DNA of 64,000 nt from Somniosus microcephalus. Taxonomy: Eukaryota. A program made the position numbers and the translations under genes. The stretch lies in NCBI GenBank assembly GCA_052327205.1, contig CM126212.1, forward strand, positions 182,404,001 to 182,468,000, read 5' to 3'. The notes under the pieces are model-generated. The model did no database searches and was not told where the DNA came from. It was given only the letters and a program-made list of their open reading frames with translations. Position 1 is the stretch's first letter, and every line of letters starts with the position of its first letter. Positions 12,851-25,020 of this stretch are shown here, piece after piece.

Positions 12851-13046
12851 TCCGGGGGGGGCGCATGTGGCGGAACCACCAGAGGATTACGGACAATTGT
12901 CAGTCCCACATTGCACTCATCAGTCACCTGAGAACTCATATTTTTAATGTGAAAGCAAGTCATCCTCAGTTCTGAGGGACTGCCCAAGAAGAGTTTTGCA
13001 GGGAAGATTATTTTTAGTTTAATTCTGAAGGTGATTTTGTTTGCCA

Positions 13047-13422
13047 TGTGGCGGAACCACCAGAGGATTACGGACAATTGTATATAATTCCTTTTACAGC
13101 AATGTAGTACAGCTGGGGGCTGCACGTTTTAATGTATCTGTTAACTGTACTAGGGCTTCTTTCCTGTACTCTGCGTGATGATGTCATGCTGTCTGTCACG
13201 TGATCTCTCAACGGCGGGAAGAACGTGATGTCAGAGCTCAGAACCTGCTAGCAGTTGAGCTCGGAACCTTTCTAGCAGTTTCCAGGAGGCTTTCAAGCAG
13301 ACCAGACCTATTTGCATTGTATCCTAGAGTTTCCTGTACAGCTTCGTTTGTTCATTAAATTTTATTGTTTTTGATTTTTTGAGTCGATCTCAATTCTTCG
13401 GCTAGGAACCCCAGTTCCTACA
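13047..13422 (+). repeat. Complete 3' LTR (preceded by a 35-bp LTR stub at 12866-12900 and a copy of the 5' flank)
   Basis: Direct repeat of 8655-9030, followed by TSD gcca. Confidence 0.92.
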
Positions 13423-14699
13423 GCCAGGTGTTTTTAACCAGCCTGAATCAAATTTCCTATTTTTTTTCTAGTGTCGGATAAAGCTGTTGGAATATGTGCG
13501 ATTTTACGAATGGAAATTTAAAAAATAAACCCTTCTCGCACTTGTATACTTTCTTGGGTGTGTCAACTGCCATGAATTAGAAACTAATGAGCACTTGGAG
13601 AACTACACATTACTGCCCAGTTTAAAGTGGTAAAAGTTGATAACTTTTTTGCTATGGCAATTTCTTTTTTTAAAAATTTCTGCTAAGTTCTGATGACTTC
13701 TCAGAACACTGGAAGGGCAGAGAGTTGCATTTTGGGATTATTGACTATTTAGGTATGGAAGAATATTGGTGTTATTTATATTAAGTTTTGCTCTTGGGAG
13801 TTAAATTGTCTGAATTTATGAGGACAAAATTGGGAAGTGTGAATTAGAATCCAGAAGAAACACCTATCCTGATTGCTTGAAACAAAAGAAATTCATTTAC
13901 CATCCCAATGATCCTCTACACCTATTATTGGGATGGTCCTGTTCATTTGTGTTAAGCAGGGGTTAGTTGCCATTGAACTTTCACCTACGGAGGGTGATAT
14001 TCAGATTAATTGGCTGCCCTACTGGCCAATTCCTGACGAGGAAGGAGTCAGAGGTGAAAGTGCTGAACTCTTGTTCAGCCAGAGAACAAAAGGACACATA
14101 ACCATGTGGTCTGGGGTCATACCGGTAAAGTCTGGGGAGGGAGCACAACCTAGCAAGAGAAATTTAGCTCATCTTGAGCTCTGAGCCAGTCCGATTCATA
14201 GATAAAGCAAATGTTTAGTCTGCTAACAGGACCATCGTTGAAGATTTTTAAAATTTCTATACTACAAGAAGGTTTACTGAAGTTGAGTTGAAATGAAGTG
14301 AGATTAATATAACTGTCACTATATATGTTTGGATATTGACTAGTAAAAGTAAACTTTTGATTGTAACATACACTGGATTATTTATGGAGGAAAGTAGTGT
14401 CGCTGATGCCCAGAGAATAACTAATTTAAACGGACTCGAAATTTGTATGGTTTATGGCCCAAGATGCTGTTATGGTGCTGAACTAATGTGTACAATTTAA
14501 ATCATGAGGGGGGATGATATTCCTGATTTTAGTGAAGTGATCAATGAGTGAAAAGTATTGTAATGCAGATTTAAAAAAAACTGTCTTGGTGGTGTTCTGA
14601 GGATTCCTATCTTTCCTAAAATGGATTAATGAAGGAGGTGAGTGGATAAAAGATGTGTTTCTTCTCTCAAAGAACAAATAATTTTATGTCTCACCATTC

Positions 14700-15202
14700 T
14701 TGAACGCAGGACATCCCAAAAAGAGTTTCGCAACCAATTAAGTACTTTTGAAGTGTAGTCACTGTTGTAAGCTAGGGAAATGTGATAGCCAAAATGCACA
14801 TCGCAACTCCCACAAACAACAATGGGATAAATTACCAGCCTGAAATTTTCTGTGCAATTAGGCCCAAAATCGGGGTAATTTCCACATAATGCCAATTTAC
14901 AGTGTAAAATATGGAGGAATTTTGGACGTAACTCACTTACACCTGTTCTTGCACTATGCCTGAATGCATCTTCGCTTATTCTGATGGTTTAATCCCCAGG
15001 CTAAAGAACCAAGTGCACAAATTTTCTGCAAGTACGCTGGCATTTCCGATCTGTCAAGAATGGTCTTGACAGATCCTCCAGCTGCCCTGGAGAAGGACCT
15101 CTGCAGGCGGATAGTTCTGCTTTTTGGTGACCCTCCGTCCATAGAAAACCCTTACAATTCTTATGCCTGAGGCCTGCTTTTACCAGGATAAGAGTTGAAA
15201 AA

Positions 15203-15239
<37 letters not shown>

Positions 15240-15750
15240 TCAGTGATTGATTTATCATTTAAAAATACTTTTTTAAAAAAAAAAGGTAAGTTTATTTTTA
15301 GCCCTGTTAAAAAAAAACTAATTTTTTTCAAAAAACTTAATTTATTATTTCAAGTCATTTAAAAATGTGGCTTTAAATTTAAAAAAAACAAACATTTTAC
15401 TATGTTTTTGGGGTGATCTCCATTCATACACTTGACAGGAAGAGCTGTCAAATATGTGAAGGGAGATTCCCTTCTTTGGCTCCCCATGGCCCACGTGATC
15501 CCAGGGATGCTGTGAACTACATGCGCCTCTGGGATACATGGGCCCTGTGCACTCTGAGTGAGTTTGGAGAGGCCCAGGAAAGAAAGCGTGTGCATCCCAG
15601 GAGCCCTCGGGTAAGGGTGTAAATTTTTCCAGATCCGCGGGAGGCCTGTGATCGGAAAATACGGGCCATTGTGTTGGTGATGTTGGTTGAGAGATAAATA
15701 TTGGCCAGGCCATTAGAGGAATTCCCTGCTCTTCGAATAGTGCCATGCAG
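14700..15750 (-). mobile_element. DeuSINE/SacSINE1-like SINE remnant (14700-14836 and 15668-15750) split by an insertion
   Basis: Both pieces are reverse complements of adjacent parts of the SINE at 47261-47690 (aagtacttttgaagtgtagtcactg; gataaatattggccagg...aatagtgccatg). Confidence 0.65.
14837..15667. mobile_element. Probable MITE with degenerate TIRs inserted in the SINE
   Basis: About 830 bp interrupting the SINE. Ends agcctgaaattttc and gaaaatacgggcc are imperfect inverted repeats resembling the MITE ends at 28404 and 56005. No clean TSD. Confidence 0.45.
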
Positions 15751-17039
15751 TTTTTTACACGAAGAGGCCATGGTAATTAATGAGAAACGTGTGTAGCTTT
15801 CCTCTACTGCATAGTCAAATCAAATGGGGAGTATTTTATTCTAGCATTAGCCAGACAAATGAAGCATCTCCTAGAAGTGAATAAGGCAAAGGAGACTTTT
15901 GTTTGAGTACACGAGTGTAGCAGTGGAGGAGGACAACAGGCCTAGGACCGGCAAGTTTAAGTGCCATATGATTCGCAATAGGCAACAATGGTTAGATATG
16001 TGTGCGGGGTGGTGGAAGCGCAGAGCAGGAGGACACTTCACTTCACTAGGGAAGTTATGACTCAGTTTGTGCGACCTGGTCCACAAAGGCCTGCCGTGAC
16101 AGTTGGCTATCTGCAATGCACTACCAGTGGATTCACTGGGGTTCTTCTAGGTGAGAATCTCTTGGCAGTCTGATTATTTGTCTTTGTGTAAGAACATCAG
16201 TTGTCCAATGAGAGAGGCTACAAAATATAGTAAAAGTTAATTATTTTCATTCAGTTGTTCAGTGATAGTGGTATAAGTATTCAGTGTCATTTTCTGGTGT
16301 GGTTGCCTTTTATGTATCCTGTGCTGGTTGTGCATGTTTAATACGAAATGCTCAAGTTGAAAGAGCACTACTGGTGATTGGCTGGCAAGTAAGCTGCAGG
16401 GGATCTTGAAGAATTGTGGTCTGTCCCTACATCATTTCCTGGTGTCTCCTTTGCTGGAGTTGCTGTGGGCTGAATGCTTTCAGAGGTGGCACCTACTGCA
16501 ATTTGTTTGGGCTACATAATGGCGCAGACAGCTGCTGATGTGTGCCAGCCAGCTGCTCCTGTGCAACTGCGCTGCCGGATGATGTCAGGTTTACTTATTT
16601 GGCTGCACATACAGTGGCCATCTGAGATTTCACAATCCCTCCGTCTTGTCCACTTGAAATTGCTGACTAGCCACAGGTGTTTTATTAGAAAACACCTTGC
16701 ACACAATACAGGTAAATGTACTTTGCCTGTTAATTTACTTAAACATTTATCACCGTTCAGTGCAAAAATTTGCAGTCTTTTTTCTCTTTCACCAAAGTTT
16801 GGAATTCTGACATGAATTTTAGACACCGTACATCTTCATGCTGCAACTATTTTGTCCAGTAATTGCGAGCAGTACTTTGACTTCATCATAGTGATTGCTG
16901 AGAATGCTTGATTGACTATCTCTGATTTGTATTTGTGTTTTGGCTATGTGTAATATTCTATTGCTTTTTTGATTGCTGCTCTGTGTATTGGTTTAGACAT
17001 TTTGAGTGAGTCTACTGAGACTGTATATCTTCATCTTCA

Positions 17040-17250
17040 ATTTATGGAGTGCATGTGTTGACTTTTTTTCTTCCAATGCGCAGTATTTTGCACTTAAACT
17101 TCATTTGCCTTTTGTTCAGCTCATGCTGTAATTTCTGAGTTGCCTCCTCCAATTCCATTGACCCTAGTTTGGTATCATATGCAAATTTGACCAATTTATT
17201 GATGTAAATTAGAAACTGTAATGGTCCCAATGATAATTCAAGCGGCATCT
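17040..17250 (-). mobile_element. Highly decayed CR1 RT fragment
   Basis: LGPLQFLIYIN..KFAYDTKLG...QMKF..KCKILRIGRK on the minus strand. Confidence 0.6.
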
Positions 17251-18948
17251 TACTCCGTACTATTCTGAATACATGTTTTTGAAAAGTGTGATTCCTGCAA
17301 CTTCTTCAGCGGCTCACTAATCTTGACCAAAGATAATTTAAAAAAAAAGTCAGCTCAAGATTACTGAACTGTTTTGCATTAATGACAATACAGTATATAG
17401 ATATGATTTCTGTTCTTTCTTGGCATTTGACTATAACTCCCTCCAGAAAGTTCTCCCAATGAGGTCACCAGCTCTTACTATTGCATATTTAAAATAATGT
17501 GGCAGGATTTTATCACTGATTGTTTGAAAGGTGCTGGTTTCTCAAGTGTTTGCACTTTGTCAGCAGTGTGATCAGGTTCTTTTCTAGCAGTCTGATCAGT
17601 CATTTCTGTGAGATGTCACTCGGTGTAGTGAGCAAGGCTGTGTGTGTAATCTATTTCAAGGTATAAATATATTTTAAAAAGTAATATTTAACTAATGGTG
17701 TGCAACAAAATTGTTCTATGTTCTTAACATTTATTTATTTATTCCTTTAGATAAGAGTCTTGATTATAAATTGCTACTGATTGTATGTGATCATATGTGC
17801 CACCTATATTAGTTTTTTCAACCTATTTGTGTTTCATAACTTTTTTATCTCCACTATTAGAAATTGGTTCTGACAACCAATTTGATTGGTGTACATCAGT
17901 TGAAGGGAGGAAGTGACGGTTACTAGAACCAACTTGTTTCCTACTGTTGGTTACGCAAAAACTTGAAGCAGGAAAGTTTTAAGCTGAGCTGATGGCTTCC
18001 GAGAGCCTCTGTTTTAAAGTGTTATTTTAGTGCTTGCCCTCAAAGCAGTTAATGCATATAACGAATAAGATGCTTAAAAGGTAGAATTTAAAAACTTTTA
18101 ATTTTCCTGAAAGGAACTTTCTAGGCCCTGCCTAACTTGCCTTTTTAAGAAGGTTCAAGACTGGTTGCAGCTCCTTTTTTGGGAGAAGGAGGGTGTTCAT
18201 GATGTGACATCATTAACTGGCTTTATTGAGCATTCCTGTCACTGTACTGGAATTGCCAGAGTTTGAAAGAGTGGGAAAGAAGTGGTAATAAGCTTTACTT
18301 AATTTAAACAGATTACATTGTGATTCCCATATTTAGGTTTTTACTGTTGTGTGTGCATTTTAAAGCACAAAATTCAGATTCCCATGTCTATTCCTGGAAA
18401 TCACATTTTTGTGCATTTTGTTTTTTTTATGATTCCAATGTGTAATTGTTGTATTACCAGTGGAGTAAAATAAACCTGTTTGACCAGTTTTGAAGAGCTA
18501 TACAGACTAGAAATTACTTTTGACAAAAATAGCAATCACTTAACTCACTGGTTTGATATTCTGCTGTTATTTTAATAGGAGGGTGTTTATTTATTTTAAC
18601 TTTACCCTGCAACGTCACATTAAAGAGTTTCTTGTGGAAGAATTTGTGGTTTGAAAGGCTCCCAACATGTCAATAAATATATAGAGTAAAATTGAACAAA
18701 AACCAGAATTTTGTTTTGGAGTGGGAGCATGCACCCCCCCCCCCCCCCCAGAAAATAAATGTTGCTTTCAGTAATCTCATCCCTGTTTATTAATCTCTAA
18801 ATTTTAAATTTAATCATTGTCTAACGTGCACTTTTAAAGTTTTTTATCCCTACAACAAAAGTGATGATATGTTGGGTATAGCTGCAGGTTAAGTTGTGGC
18901 CTGATAATGCTTTGCTGCGCTTTCAGTGCAACCCTTGCGTCTTGGAAG

Positions 18949-19737
18949 CAGTGTTGTGGAATAGAAACTGCTGACTAGCCACAGGTGTGGCTACAGCTAA
19001 ACCATTTTAGCCACTTGCACTAATTTTATTAGAAAACGTCTTTCACACAACAGGTAAAAAATGTATTTCACGTGCATATTTACTAACCAAACATCTACCA
19101 CCATTCAGTGCAAAACTTTGCAGTCTTTTTCCCCAAGGTTTGGAATTCCGACACAGTACATCTTAGTGCAGCTTCTATTTTGTCCAGCAGTTGTGAGCAG
19201 TACTTCTTCCATCAGCGTGATTGTGGAGAATGTTGACTCGCATGAGATGTACCAGACCCACCCTGGGTCTCCATCCAGAACACTGCTGGATGCTGCTTGC
19301 CCTTTGCCATGACGTGCACTGTTGGAGCTGCTCGTTACTGGTTGGGCTTGTTTTCTTCTGCTGGCTTGGAGCGGTTAATCTGATTTTCAAAGTGATCACA
19401 ATGACAGTTGTCCTCTCCATACAATGTTGCTGGTGTTTCCATGGTGCTGAAGTCTGGCATTTTCACCCATGTTGCACATTTTCACAAAACCAATAAGCAG
19501 TAAGCAAGGAAGTAAAACACATACAAGAATCAAAAAGCACTTGCACACTTTGATTTTTGTGATAACCATTTTGCCAACAATTGCACAAGGTGAAAGTACT
19601 CATGCACATGCCGTGCGAATATGAGTATTTCCATATGCCCAATGATTAACCATTTACTAATCAAAAATGTAATTAACCACATCTGGATTCCCAATTAGCT
19701 ACATTTTGTTTAGTGGCTAATTTACTGGCCAACACTG
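18949..19737. mobile_element. Old non-autonomous DNA transposon remnant (hAT-like ends)
   Basis: Termini cagtgttg...caacactg with subterminal tagccac/gtggcta motifs at both ends. A partial second copy lies at 16661-16910. No intact TSD. Confidence 0.4.
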
Positions 19738-22032
19738 CACTGAGTGTAAAAGCTTATATCTAGGACTGTTTTTGAGCTGTCAGTTCTTTTTAGGGCTGTA
19801 TCAGCTTTTGTGAAGCTATTGGCCAGCCTTTCCTGGTTTTCTAGGTTGGTGTAAACTTTATTTTTGTCTCTTTTGAATGCTTCATGTAACATTTCTAACT
19901 GCCATGGAGAATTAAGATTTTCAAGTTCTAAAGTGATTTGTATTAAAGATTTTTTTTAAAGTCCTGAGGCCATGTACCATTCCTTGAAATAGGATGCTGG
20001 AGGCAGCTAATCTTAGCACCCAGACATAGGGAGAGGACTACTGTTAGCTGCTTAAAAGTGGTGGGGATGGTGCTTTTTTTTCTTGCCTTTCTTTCCCTCC
20101 TCCTTTTGACTCTGGGTATATGTTTTGACTGTTCTGCACTTTATTGGAACAGAGGTTTCAATAGAAAACAGAGGTTGAAATTGAGAACTATGTGGGGAAT
20201 TGTGAGGCGGTGTCGCTATCTTGCCATTTAAATAATGTTTAAAAAAAGCAACTACATTCGGCGCTCCGTTGCTTTATGATAACCACTCCCTATTAATTCT
20301 GAAGTGATCCCCCCCCCCCCCGTGATAACTGGTGCTTGTGGGATCGGTTCTCTCTCTCTGGCCTCCTATATTGTGACACATTCTCCCCAGTGAAGGAATA
20401 CTTGAAATAGCTGTGCTAATTTTATCTGTATAAGTCATTGCTACTTCCAAGGCGAATTTGCCCTTTGCTTCTAGTGTTTGTAAACAGGCGAATGAGGGCT
20501 TCCTCTTCAGGAAATTGGTTTGTTGATAATCTGGTGTGATAGGAAGCAATAGCAGGAGTCCTTGTGGGATTGTATGTGCTTTCATTTGTGAGTGTATTCC
20601 AAACTGTGTTGTAAAATGGTTTAAAAATGTCATGGTCTGGTAAATTCCAGACCCTATAATTTTCTAAGTGAACAGTATGATTGTACATGCAGTTGGTTAT
20701 GATTTATTTATTTGGTTGAGTTATTTATTTGGAAACATTTTTGCAGACAGAATCTGGATATTAAATATTGGATGGGGTGAAGAGAGAAATAACTGCAAAA
20801 AAAAGGGAGAAAACACAGTAAAACATTTTTGAAGGATTAAATCTGATTTTAGTTAAAATTCCTTTGGTAAATAGTAGTCTTTACTGAAAATACAAGTGAT
20901 ACTGGCTAATACATTGGTTATATTTCATAGCTCTTTTACATGATCTGTTTTATATGCTGTTGTTTTATAAAGCTACATTTAGATTTCTTTTTGTACATGC
21001 TTTTGGAGCAAGTCAATTAAAACGTGTTTCCAGGTCTGTTTTTAAATGAGACGCGTCCGGGAAATGTTTTGATTAAAGAATGTGATTCTTGCTGTAAACA
21101 CAATGTGTGAACATTGTTTAAAGAAAAACAAAACACCAGTAAATTCATAGAGGAAATCTGTGGCAAAGAATCATGCCAGTAGAAACGTCTAGTCATTATG
21201 AGTAAACACTCTTGGGGTTTGTCCAAGGAGCTGATCCCTTTAAAGTTTGGCAGTAAGCCTTTAAAAATAAAATATTTAATGTAATGTCGTGTGTGTTTCA
21301 TTAATGGTGTTCATTTCAAAACTTGATCGTTTACATATCACTGGATGTCTTTTTTCCTTTAAAAATTGAGATCTCTTGCAAAAGTTCATGGTAAGTACTA
21401 CAGTACAAATTTGATGTAGTCCAGTAATCTATTCCGTAATAGCTTGTCTCTGCTAAACTACTGCAAGGCATGTTCAATTTTGTTGTTTATTTGGTTTTGA
21501 ATTGAGCTGATCAAAAATGGTACTGCTTATTTTGATTTGAAAGTTACTGTTTTAATGTCTTCTGTTGTGCTGCAATAGAAAAATAGAAACATAAGAACAT
21601 AAGAACATAAGAAATAGGAGCAAGAGTAGGCCAATCGGCCCCTCGAGCCTGCTCCACCATTCAATAAGATCATGGCTGATCTGATCCTAACCTCAAATCT
21701 TCTATCACTCTGCATCCACCCGAACCCATGTGATCTCCCGGGAGAGGCGAAAAACCAGATAAAGACCCAATGGCCAATTTGGGAGAAAAAAATCTGGGAA
21801 ATTCCTCTCTGACCCATCTAGGCGATCGAAATTCTTCCAGGAGATCACTCTGTCCCTATATTTTCTACAGTACTTACCTTCTGTAAAGACAATCTCCACC
21901 CCAGCCAGGAACAGGAATAAAACCATCTCCTGAAATCTAACAGAATTAGAACACAGTAGGAGCAGAACAAGGCTACACGGCCCCTGGGCCCGCTCCACTA
22001 CCCACAGGGCCATGACCATTCCGAACCCAGAC

Positions 22033-25017
22033 TCATGTCCAATTTCCTGCCCGCTCCCCGTAACCCTTTATTCCCTTTACTTCTAGGAAACTATCTATTT
22101 CTGTTTTAAATTTATTTAATGATGTAGCTTCCACAGCTTTCTGGGGCAGCAAATTCCACAAACCTACCACCCTCTGAGTGAAGAAGTTTCTCCTCATCTC
22201 AGTTTTGAATGAGCAGCCCCTTATTTTAAGATTATGCCCCCCAGTTCTAGTTTCACCCATCATTGGAACATCCTCACCGCATCCACCCGATCAAGCCCCT
22301 TCACAATCTTATATGTTTCAATAAGATCGCCTCTCATTCTTCTGAACTCCAATGAGTAGAGTCCCAATCTACTCAACCTCTCCTCATATGACCACCCCCT
22401 CATCCCCGGGATTAACCGAGTGAACCTTCTTTGTACTGACTCGAGAGCAAGTATGTCTTTTCTTAAGTATGGACACCAAAACTGTATGCAGTATTCCAGG
22501 TGCGGCCTCACCAATACCTTGTACAACTGCAGCAATACCTCCCTGTTTTTATATTCCAACCCCCTAGCAATAAAAGCCAACATTCCATTGGCCTTCTTAA
22601 TCACTTGCTGCACCTGCATACTAACTTTTTGAGTTTCGTGCACCAGGACCCCCAGATCCCTTTGTACTACAGTACTTTCCAGTTTCTTGCCATTAAGATA
22701 ATAACTTGCTCTATGATTTTTCCTGCCAAAGTGCATAACCTCACACTTTCCAGTATTGTATTCCATCTGCCAAATCTCTGCCCACTTACTTAGCCTGTCT
22801 ATGTCCCTTTGCAGGTTTTTTATGTCCTCCTCACTCACTACTTTCCCTCCCATCTTTGTATCATCTGCAAACTTTGATATGTTACACTCGGTCCCCTCCT
22901 CCAAATCGTTAATATAGATTGTAAAGAGTTGGGGACCCAGCACTGACCCCTGCGGAACACCACTAGTTACTGGTTGCCAATCTGAGAACGAACCATTTAT
23001 CCCAACTCTCTGCTTTCTGTTAGAGAGCCAATCCTCCACCCACGCCAGAATATTACCCCCAATCCCGTGATTTTTTATCTTGAGCAATAATCTTTTGTGT
23101 GGCACCTTGTCAAATGCCTTTTGGAAGTCTAAATACACTACGTCCACTGGTTCCCCTTTATCCACCCTGTATGTTACTTCCTCAAAAAACTCAAGCAAAT
23201 TTGTTAAACATGACTTCCCCTTCATGAAACCATGCTGAGTTTGCCCTATTAAATTATGTTTATCCAAATGTCCCGTTACTGTCTCCTTAATAATGGACTC
23301 TAACATTTTACCAACCACAGATGTTAGGCTAACAGGTCTATAGTTTCCAGCCTTCTGCCTACTACCCTTTTTAAATAAGGGTGTTACATTAGCAGTTTTC
23401 CAATCTGCCGGGACCTTTGCTGAGTCCAGTGAGTTTTGGAAAATTATTACCAATGCATCCACAATCCCTACCGCTACTTCCCTCAAGACCCTGGGATGCA
23501 AGCCATCAGGTCCAGGGGATTTATCCGCCTTGAGTCCCATTATTTTACCAAGTACCACTTCCTTAGTGATTTTAATCGTATTTAGTTCCTCCCCCCCTAG
23601 AGCCCCCTGTTTGTCCAGTGTTGGGATATTCTTAGTGTCCTCTACTGTAAAGACTGATACAAAATAATTGTTCAGTGTTTTTGCCATCTCCATGTTTCCC
23701 ACCATTAATTTCCCGGTCTCATCCTCTAAGGGACCAACATTTACTTTAGCCACCCTTTTTCTTTTTATATAACTATAGAAACTTTTACTGTCTGTTTTTA
23801 TATTTTTTGCTAATTTACTTTCATAATCTATCTTCCCTTTCTTAATCAATCTTTTTGTTATTTTTTGCTGTCTTTTAAAGACTTCCCAATCTTCCATCCT
23901 CCCACTAGATTTGGCTACCTTATATGCCCTTGTTTTTAGTCGGATACTATCCTTAATTACTTTACTTAGCCACGGATGGCTATCTTTTCTTTTACACCCT
24001 TTTTTCCTCAGTGGAATATATATTTTTTGGAAGTTGTAAAATAACTCCTTAAATGTACACCACTGGTCATGTACCGTCTTACCCTTTAATCTATTTTCCC
24101 AGTCCACTCTAATTAATTCCGCTCTCATACCTTCATAGTCTCCTTTATTCAAGCTCAGCACGCTTGTTTGAGATCCAACCTCCTCACCCTCTAATTGAAT
24201 ATGGAACTCAACCATGTTATGGTCACTCATTCCAAGGGGATCCTTTACTAGGACATTTTTAATTAATCCTGTCTCATTACACAGGACCAAATCTAAGGTT
24301 GCTTGCCCCCTGGTCGGTTCAGTTACATACTGCTCAAGAAACCCATCCCTAATACACTCAATGAACTCATCCTCAAGGCTGCTCTGCTCAGTTTGATTTG
24401 TCCAGTTAATATGATAATTAAAATCCCCCATAATTATAGCTGTTCCCTTATTACAAGCCTCAACTATTTCCTGATTAATACTCCGTCCAACAGAGTTGCA
24501 ACTGTTCGGAGGCCTATAGACTACACCCACTAGTGTTTTTTTCCCCTTATTATTCCTTACCTCCACCCAAACTGTTTCACTATCCTGCTCCTTTGACCCA
24601 ATATCATTTCTCTGTATTATAGTGATTCCTTCCTTTATTAACATAGCCACCCCACCTCCTCTCCCTTCCTGCCTGTCCTTCCTGATTGGGAATTAAACAT
24701 ACCAGGTTATTTAACAGTCATGGTCACCCTGCAGCCATGTTTCTGTAATGGCCACAAGATCATACCCATATGTCATTATTTGTGCCGTTAACTCATTCAT
24801 TTTGTTACGAATGCTACGTGCATTCAGATAAAGAACTTTCAAATATGTTTTGTAACACTTAGTTCCTGTTTTTTCCCTTTTTAGTACTTTACTTTTTACT
24901 CCATACCTTCTGTCCCTCCTGACACATTCTGTTTTTTAATTCCCCCACTGCTACCTAAGTCTATGACCTTCTCTGTTGTCATTTCTATTATTTGCTCTCT
25001 AGAAACCTCCCCCCCAC
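22033..25017 (-). pseudogene. CR1 ORF2 (APE endonuclease + RT); 796-aa open stretch at 22260-24650
   Basis: VVYRPPN, MGDFN, LDLVL, SDHN; SPGPDG, NYRPVSLT, QHGF, YLDFQKAFD, GVPQGSVLGP, FADD. Interrupted by a micro-inversion stop near 24712 and a frameshift near 22262. Confidence 0.92.
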
Positions 25018-25020
25018 TAA

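Larger units (their letters stand above)
8655..13422 (+). mobile_element. Ty3/Gypsy LTR retrotransposon, CsRN1-like clade, full-length but decayed
   Basis: TG...CA LTRs of 376 bp, 4-bp TSD gcca (8651-8654 and 13423-13426), tRNA-Trp PBS, G-rich PPT at about 12854-12865, domain order gag-PR-RT-RH-IN. Confidence 0.93.

Noticed and set aside
12592-13125. Antisense 177-aa ORF or env-like gene at the Gypsy 3' end
   Set aside because: It spans the LTR, duplicated flank and integrase tail. No signal peptide, TM segment or fusion motifs.
22260-24650. Intact, active or domesticated RT gene (796 aa)
   Set aside because: The endonuclease N-terminus is cut off by the inversion-derived stop and the C-terminus is frameshifted.
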